From contig JAGGAD010000013.1 of NCBI GenBank assembly GCA_017889625.1, positions 9,842 to 73,841 of the forward strand: DNA of 64,000 bases, written 5' to 3'. This stretch comes from Bacillota bacterium (GTDB lineage Bacteria; Bacillota; Negativicutes; Sporomusales; CTSoil-080). Position 1 is the first letter of the stretch, and the number at the start of each line of letters is the position of its first letter. Position numbers and translations under genes: made by a program. Positions 59,264 through 64,000 of the stretch are shown here, in pieces. The notes under the pieces were generated by a model. That model ran no database searches. It had not been told where the DNA came from and saw only the letters and a list, made by a program, of their open reading frames with translations.

Positions 59264-62200
59264 GTGTCTACGTATTGTATTATTCCTGAAGCTGCTCAGA
59301 CATTAGCGGGCCTAGCTACTGATCTTATGCTAAAGGACACAGATAGACGGCTGCTAGAACAGGGCAGGATAACTAAAGTTGAGGTCAACACAGAAAAAGC
59401 TACGTGGGTAGTATTTGTAAATGTTGTTGAGTCTATCCCCAATAACTTGCTTGAGTGTACCGCAAAACATATTTGTAATAGTTGCGGGATAAATGAGGTA
59501 AAGTTTACTCAGACTATCCACATCCTTGAACAGTATTTAGCTGAAAAATGGCCGGAATTTATAAATCGGATTGCCAACGGCAACCATACTGTAAAGCTTC
59601 TTATGAGTGATGCCGAATGGGATTTTGATGGTACTACTTTAAGTATTCAAACTAAAGGCGAGTTGTCCGCCCAAATCCTCGATAATCAAGGAGTGCGGCC
59701 AACCATTCAAGGTATCTTGGCCAAAGAATTTGCGCGTGAGTGTCGGATAGAGTTTATCGCTATCGCGGTTGAAGACCTTCCAGTGTGTGAAGAAGAAATA
59801 ATCGAGCCGGCGGCGTCAATGGAAGTTAAGCTGGTTGCGGCACATAAAGAAGAAAATAGCATAATTTTTGGTCGTAACATAAAAGATAATCCACAAGACA
59901 TTAGCAGGATTAATGATGAAGGACGTAATATCGTTCTTATTGGGCAGCTTATTAAACATGAAGTTAGGGAACTTCGTTCAGGCAGAAATCTATTAACATT
60001 TGATGTTGCTGATTTATCTGGTGGTATCAGCGGAAAAAGTTTTTTTGAAAATAAAGAGCAGTTTGCAAAAATAACCGCTAGTATCAGCGACGGTATAATG
60101 GTCAAAGTCAAGGGTACTGTCCAATTTGATAAATATGCTAACGAATTAGTTATCTTTGCTGATAGTATGGTCAGAATAAAAAAGGCTGAACGAAAAGATG
60201 AGGCGCCAACAGCCAGAGTGGAACTGCATGCGCATACCAGGATGAGTGCCCTAGATGCAGTTGTTTCGGTAAAATCATTAATTACAACCGCGGCAAAATG
60301 GGGTCACCCCGCGATTGCCGTGACTGACCATGGGGTTGTCCAGGCTTTTCCTGAAGCCCAAGAGGTAGCTGCTAAGGCCGGTATTAAAGTTATTTATGGA
60401 ATGGAAGGGTATTTGATTAATGATGACAATACCAATCAGTCCAACCATATAATTATGTTAGCTCAAAATATCATTGGGTTACGCAATCTTTATCGGATAG
60501 TTTCATTAGCTCATCTTAAGTATTTACATCGGAAACCGCGTATTCCCAGAACTGTACTTGAGGAGCATCGGGAAGGACTTATATTGGGGTCAGCCTGTGA
60601 AGCTGGCGAATTAATACAGGCTATTATTGAGGGGGAATCGGAGGAAAGAATACAAGAAATTGCTAAGTTTTATGATTACTTGGAAATTCAGCCGATTGCT
60701 AACAATGAGTTTTTAATTCGTAATGGTAAAGTAGCCGATGATGATGGGCTGCGGGATATTAACCGGACAGTTGTAAGATTAGGAGAACAACTAGGTAAAC
60801 TAGTTGTTGCTACTTGTGACGTTCACTTTTTGAACCCGGAAGATGAAGCATACCGCCGCATTTTAATGGCGGGACAAGGTTATAGTGATGCTGACAATCA
60901 GCCACCACTTTACTTAAGGACTACACCTGAAATGTTGGCAGAGTTTTCCTACCTTGGAAAGGACAAAGCCTATGAAGTGGTAGTAGAAAACACCCGCCTG
61001 ATAAGCGAAACCATCGAATCATTCAAGCCTATTCCTGATGAACTTTACTCGCCTAAAATACCAGGCGCGGAAGAGCAGATTAAGAATATGTCTTATAAAA
61101 AAGCGTGGGAACTATATGGAGATCCTTTGCCAGAGATAGTGGCGGAACGGCTGAAAACTGAACTTGATTCAATAATTAATCATGGATTTGCCGTATTATA
61201 TCTTATTGCGCATAAACTAGTTAAAAAGTCGCTGGACGATGGCTATCTGGTTGGGTCAAGAGGGTCGGTCGGGTCGTCATTTGTGGCTACGATGACCGAT
61301 ATTACTGAAGTTAATCCGTTGCCGCCACATTGGCGGTGCAGTAAATGTAAATACAGTGAATTTGTTGTTGACGGTTCCTATGGTGGTGGCTTTGACTTAC
61401 CGGATAAGGATTGTCCGCGGTGTGGTGAGCCGACGACAAAAAATGGTCATGATATTCCGTTTGCGGTGTTTATGGGGTTTCATGGTGACAAAGTACCAGA
61501 TATTGACCTTAACTTTTCTGGCGAATATCAGCCTGTTGCGCATAAATACACTGAAGAACTTTTTGGCAAAGACAATGTTTTTCGGGCCGGAACAATTGCC
61601 ACTATTGCAGATAAGACGGCATACGGTTTTGTGAAAAATTATTTTTCCGAAAAAGGAATTATGCCGCGTAATGCGCATATCAATTACCTGTTGGGAGGTT
61701 GTACTGGAGTAAAACGAACAACTGGTCAGCATCCTGGCGGCATTATGGTTGTACCGCGGGACATGGATGTTCATCACTTTACTCCCATTCAATTTCCTGC
61801 GGATGACAAAAATTCAAAGACAATAACCACTCATTTTGACTATCATTCGATTAGCAGTCGGTTAGTTAAACTCGATATTCTGGGGCATGACGATCCCACG
61901 GTTATAAAAATGCTGGAAGACCTCATTGGCATTGATCCGAAAACAATTCCGTTTGATGACCAAGCTACCCTTAGTTTGTTTTCATCAACAGAGGCACTGG
62001 GATTATCTCCGGAAGAACTAGGCTCAAAAGTTGGCACATTTGGAGTACCTGAATATGGAACTAAATTTGTCCGACAGATGCTTGAAGATACTAAACCAAA
62101 AAATTTTAGCGGCTTGGTTCGTATCAGTGGTTTTTCTCATGGTACCGATGTTTGGTTAAATAACGCTCAGGATCTTATTCGCAGCGGCACGGCGCCTTTG

Positions 62201-62923
62201 TCTGAAGCTATATCTACCCGTGATGACATAATGATATACCTTCTTCAAAAAGGGGTTAAACCGCAAGTTGCCTTCAAAGTTATGGAGAGTGTCAGAAAAG
62301 GTAAAGGAATTAAACCAGATGATGTTGCCGAATTAAAAGAAAGCAATGTCCCAGACTGGTACATTCAATCATGCCAAAAAATAAAATATATGTTTCCAAA
62401 AGCTCATGCGGTTGCCTATGTAATGATGGCATTTCGGATTGCTTATTGTAAAGTGCATTATCCGTTAGCGTTTTATGCCGCGTATTTTACTGTACGGGCA
62501 ACAGAATTTGACGCTAACCTTATTGTGAAAGGTGAACCTGCACTTAGACAAAAGTTATTAGAACTTGAACAAAAGGCTAATAATTCGATGACGGCCAAGG
62601 AAAAGGGGCTGCAGACTATTGTTGAAATAGCATTAGAAATGTATCTTAGGGGCTTTACCTTTCATCAGGTAGATCTTTACAAATCTGATGCAACGCGCTT
62701 TTTAATTGTAGATAGTGGGCTATTGCCGCCTTTAGCCGCGCTGGAAGGAGTTGGCGACAATGCTGCACGGAATATTGTTGAAGTCCGGCAGGGTAAACCG
62801 TTTTCATCAGTAGATGACTTACGCCTACGGAGCAGGGTTTCGAAAACAGTAATTGATATTTTGCGGGAACATGGCTGTCTTAGAGATATGCCGGAAAATA
62901 ATCAGATGATGCTTTTTGGTTAA
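59264..62923 (+). CDS. polC: DNA polymerase III PolC-type alpha subunit, lacking the internal 3'-5' exonuclease domain
   Basis: About 1219 aa. PolC hallmarks: N-terminal domain, OB fold, PHP (VELHAHTRMS, AVTDHGVVQ), Zn module HWRCSKCKYSEF..CPRCGEPTTKNGHDIPF, palm PDIDLNFSGEYQ, GQHPGGIMV. There is no DEDD exonuclease block between VIYGMEGYLINDD and HIIMLAQN. SD aaggagagg precedes GTG 59264. Confidence 0.9.
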   Translation: MSTYCIIPEAAQTLAGLATDLMLKDTDRRLLEQGRITKVEVNTEKATWVVFVNVVESIPNNLLECTAKHICNSCGINEVKFTQTIHILEQYLAEKWPEFINRIANGNHTVKLLMSDAEWDFDGTTLSIQTKGELSAQILDNQGVRPTIQGILAKEFARECRIEFIAIAVEDLPVCEEEIIEPAASMEVKLVAAHKEENSIIFGRNIKDNPQDISRINDEGRNIVLIGQLIKHEVRELRSGRNLLTFDVADLSGGISGKSFFENKEQFAKITASISDGIMVKVKGTVQFDKYANELVIFADSMVRIKKAERKDEAPTARVELHAHTRMSALDAVVSVKSLITTAAKWGHPAIAVTDHGVVQAFPEAQEVAAKAGIKVIYGMEGYLINDDNTNQSNHIIMLAQNIIGLRNLYRIVSLAHLKYLHRKPRIPRTVLEEHREGLILGSACEAGELIQAIIEGESEERIQEIAKFYDYLEIQPIANNEFLIRNGKVADDDGLRDINRTVVRLGEQLGKLVVATCDVHFLNPEDEAYRRILMAGQGYSDADNQPPLYLRTTPEMLAEFSYLGKDKAYEVVVENTRLISETIESFKPIPDELYSPKIPGAEEQIKNMSYKKAWELYGDPLPEIVAERLKTELDSIINHGFAVLYLIAHKLVKKSLDDGYLVGSRGSVGSSFVATMTDITEVNPLPPHWRCSKCKYSEFVVDGSYGGGFDLPDKDCPRCGEPTTKNGHDIPFAVFMGFHGDKVPDIDLNFSGEYQPVAHKYTEELFGKDNVFRAGTIATIADKTAYGFVKNYFSEKGIMPRNAHINYLLGGCTGVKRTTGQHPGGIMVVPRDMDVHHFTPIQFPADDKNSKTITTHFDYHSISSRLVKLDILGHDDPTVIKMLEDLIGIDPKTIPFDDQATLSLFSSTEALGLSPEELGSKVGTFGVPEYGTKFVRQMLEDTKPKNFSGLVRISGFSHGTDVWLNNAQDLIRSGTAPLSEAISTRDDIMIYLLQKGVKPQVAFKVMESVRKGKGIKPDDVAELKESNVPDWYIQSCQKIKYMFPKAHAVAYVMMAFRIAYCKVHYPLAFYAAYFTVRATEFDANLIVKGEPALRQKLLELEQKANNSMTAKEKGLQTIVEIALEMYLRGFTFHQVDLYKSDATRFLIVDSGLLPPLAALEGVGDNAARNIVEVRQGKPFSSVDDLRLRSRVSKTVIDILREHGCLRDMPENNQMMLFG

Positions 62924-62967
62924 ACAAGCAGTCAATTTCATGTTAATAACAAGGCTGGTATTAGCTG

Positions 62968-62996
62968 TTGTAAAAATATTCTTAGAGTGGTATAAT
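62968..62996 (+). promoter_or_regulatory. Sigma-A promoter for rimP-nusA operon (TTGTAA-N14-TGgTATAAT)
   Basis: ttgtaa at 62968-62973. Extended -10 tggtataat at 62988-62996, giving a 17-nt spacer to TATAAT. Confidence 0.6.
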
Positions 62997-63022
62997 AAAA
63001 ATAGCATATCGAGTGTCTTTGC

Positions 63023-63049
63023 AAAGAGTGGGTATTGAACCCACTCTTT
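63023..63049 (+). promoter_or_regulatory. Leader hairpin (candidate attenuator) upstream of rimP-nusA
   Basis: 11-bp stem aaagagtgggt / acccactcttt with a 5-nt loop, followed by the pyrimidine-rich catcttctgtt. It lies within a leader of about 165 nt. Confidence 0.5.
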
Positions 63050-63165
63050 CATCTTCTGTTCATAAGGCAAAGTCTGACTATAAACGGTATTCCCAGATAT
63101 AGGGTATAAGGTTGTGGAAGGTCAGGCAACAATAGCAGTAAAACCTATAATCGAGGTGGGAGAAA

Positions 63166-63624
63166 ATGGCTCATAGCACAATCGAAAACCTTATCGAAGA
63201 AATTGTTAGTGAAATTATAAAAGGTTCGGGGTTAGAACTCATTGATGTTGAATATGTAAAAGAGCGGGACTGGTATCTTAGAGTGTTTCTTGATAAACCA
63301 GGTGGACTAGAAGTTGATGATTGTCAGAGCGTTAGTGAACGCTTGGAAGAACAACTCGATAAACTTGACCCGATAAAAGAAAGTTACATATTAGAAGTAT
63401 CGTCACCAGGTCTTGACCGTCCGCTAAAGAAAGAAAAAGATTTTATCCGTCATAATGGAGATAAGGTAGAAATATCTACTTTTGTACCAATAAATGGACA
63501 AAAAAAACTAATAGGGACGCTTGTGGGGGCAGATAGTGAGAATATCCGACTTGAAATTAGTGGTACTGAGGTAAGCATTCTCAGAGACAAAGTTTCGCAA
63601 GTACGGTTATATTTGGAATTTTAA
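63166..63624 (+). CDS. rimP: Ribosome maturation factor RimP
   Basis: 152 aa. Motifs ELIDVEYVKERDWYLRVFLDKPGG and LEVSSPGLDRPL. Lies upstream of nusA. Confidence 0.92.
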   Translation: MAHSTIENLIEEIVSEIIKGSGLELIDVEYVKERDWYLRVFLDKPGGLEVDDCQSVSERLEEQLDKLDPIKESYILEVSSPGLDRPLKKEKDFIRHNGDKVEISTFVPINGQKKLIGTLVGADSENIRLEISGTEVSILRDKVSQVRLYLEF

Positions 63625-63654
63625 ATAAAAATTGAATAGGGGGAATGCACTAAA

Positions 63655-64000
63655 ATGAACGCAGAATTTATGCAGGCATTTGAACAATTGGGAAAAGAAA
63701 AGGGGATTACACCTGAACTGCTGTTTGACGCGATTGAAGCGGCGCTAATTTCGGCCTATAAACGTAATTTTAGTTCGGCACAAAATGTGCGGGTGGTGCT
63801 GGATCGCCAAACTGGTGATATTCAGGTCTTTGCCCGCAAAACAGTAGTAGATGAGGTCAAAGATTCACGACTTGAAATATCGATAGTTGAAGCTCATGCG
63901 ATAAGTCCGCGCTATGAACTTGAAGATATTGTAGAAATGGAAGTAACACCGAAAAACTTTGGCCGGATTGCCGCACAGACTGCAAAACAAGTCGTTGTGC
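63655..64000 (+). CDS. nusA: Transcription termination/antitermination factor NusA (5' part, truncated by window end)
   Basis: N-terminus MNAEFMQAFEQLGKEKGITPELLFDAIEAALISAYKRNF. The frame stays open to the window edge. It is absent from the ORF track because it has no stop codon. Confidence 0.9.
   Translation, partial: MNAEFMQAFEQLGKEKGITPELLFDAIEAALISAYKRNFSSAQNVRVVLDRQTGDIQVFARKTVVDEVKDSRLEISIVEAHAISPRYELEDIVEMEVTPKNFGRIAAQTAKQVVV

Overview
This window is a moderately AT-rich core chromosome segment of a Bacillota (Firmicutes) genome. I count 69 protein-coding genes, 68 of them on the + strand. I found no tRNA, rRNA, CRISPR array, transposase or prophage genes. Gene order: glnB, amtB | SIR2-like gene and a convergent nicotinate-PRTase-like gene (the only minus-strand gene) | folP-folB-folK and a UgtP-like glycosyltransferase | dprA-topA-trmFO-xerC-hslV-hslU-codY | a fla/che motility-chemotaxis cluster of about 32 kb (flgB to sigD, then fapA and two unknown genes) | rpsB-tsf-pyrH-frr-uppS-cdsA-dxr-rseP-ispG-proS | mgtC | polC | rimP-nusA (nusA runs off the window end). 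The backbone matches the Bacillus subtilis smf-to-nusA region. It carries additions typical of Clostridia and Negativicutes: flbD-motA, pilZ, fapA and ispG. I do not see a convincing new multi-gene system. The observations most worth checking are pieces that are missing from otherwise conserved machinery: (1) polC lacks the whole 3'-5' proofreading exonuclease insert, in frame; (2) motA is followed directly by fliL with no motB; (3) cheW is broken by a frame-shifting deletion of about 85 nt at an AAAGGT microhomology. The best accessory candidate is a standalone SIR2_2-type protein with a Zn ribbon next to the nicotinate-PRTase-like gene. All calls rest on reading the translations, motifs and synteny by eye. 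No database search or computation was run.
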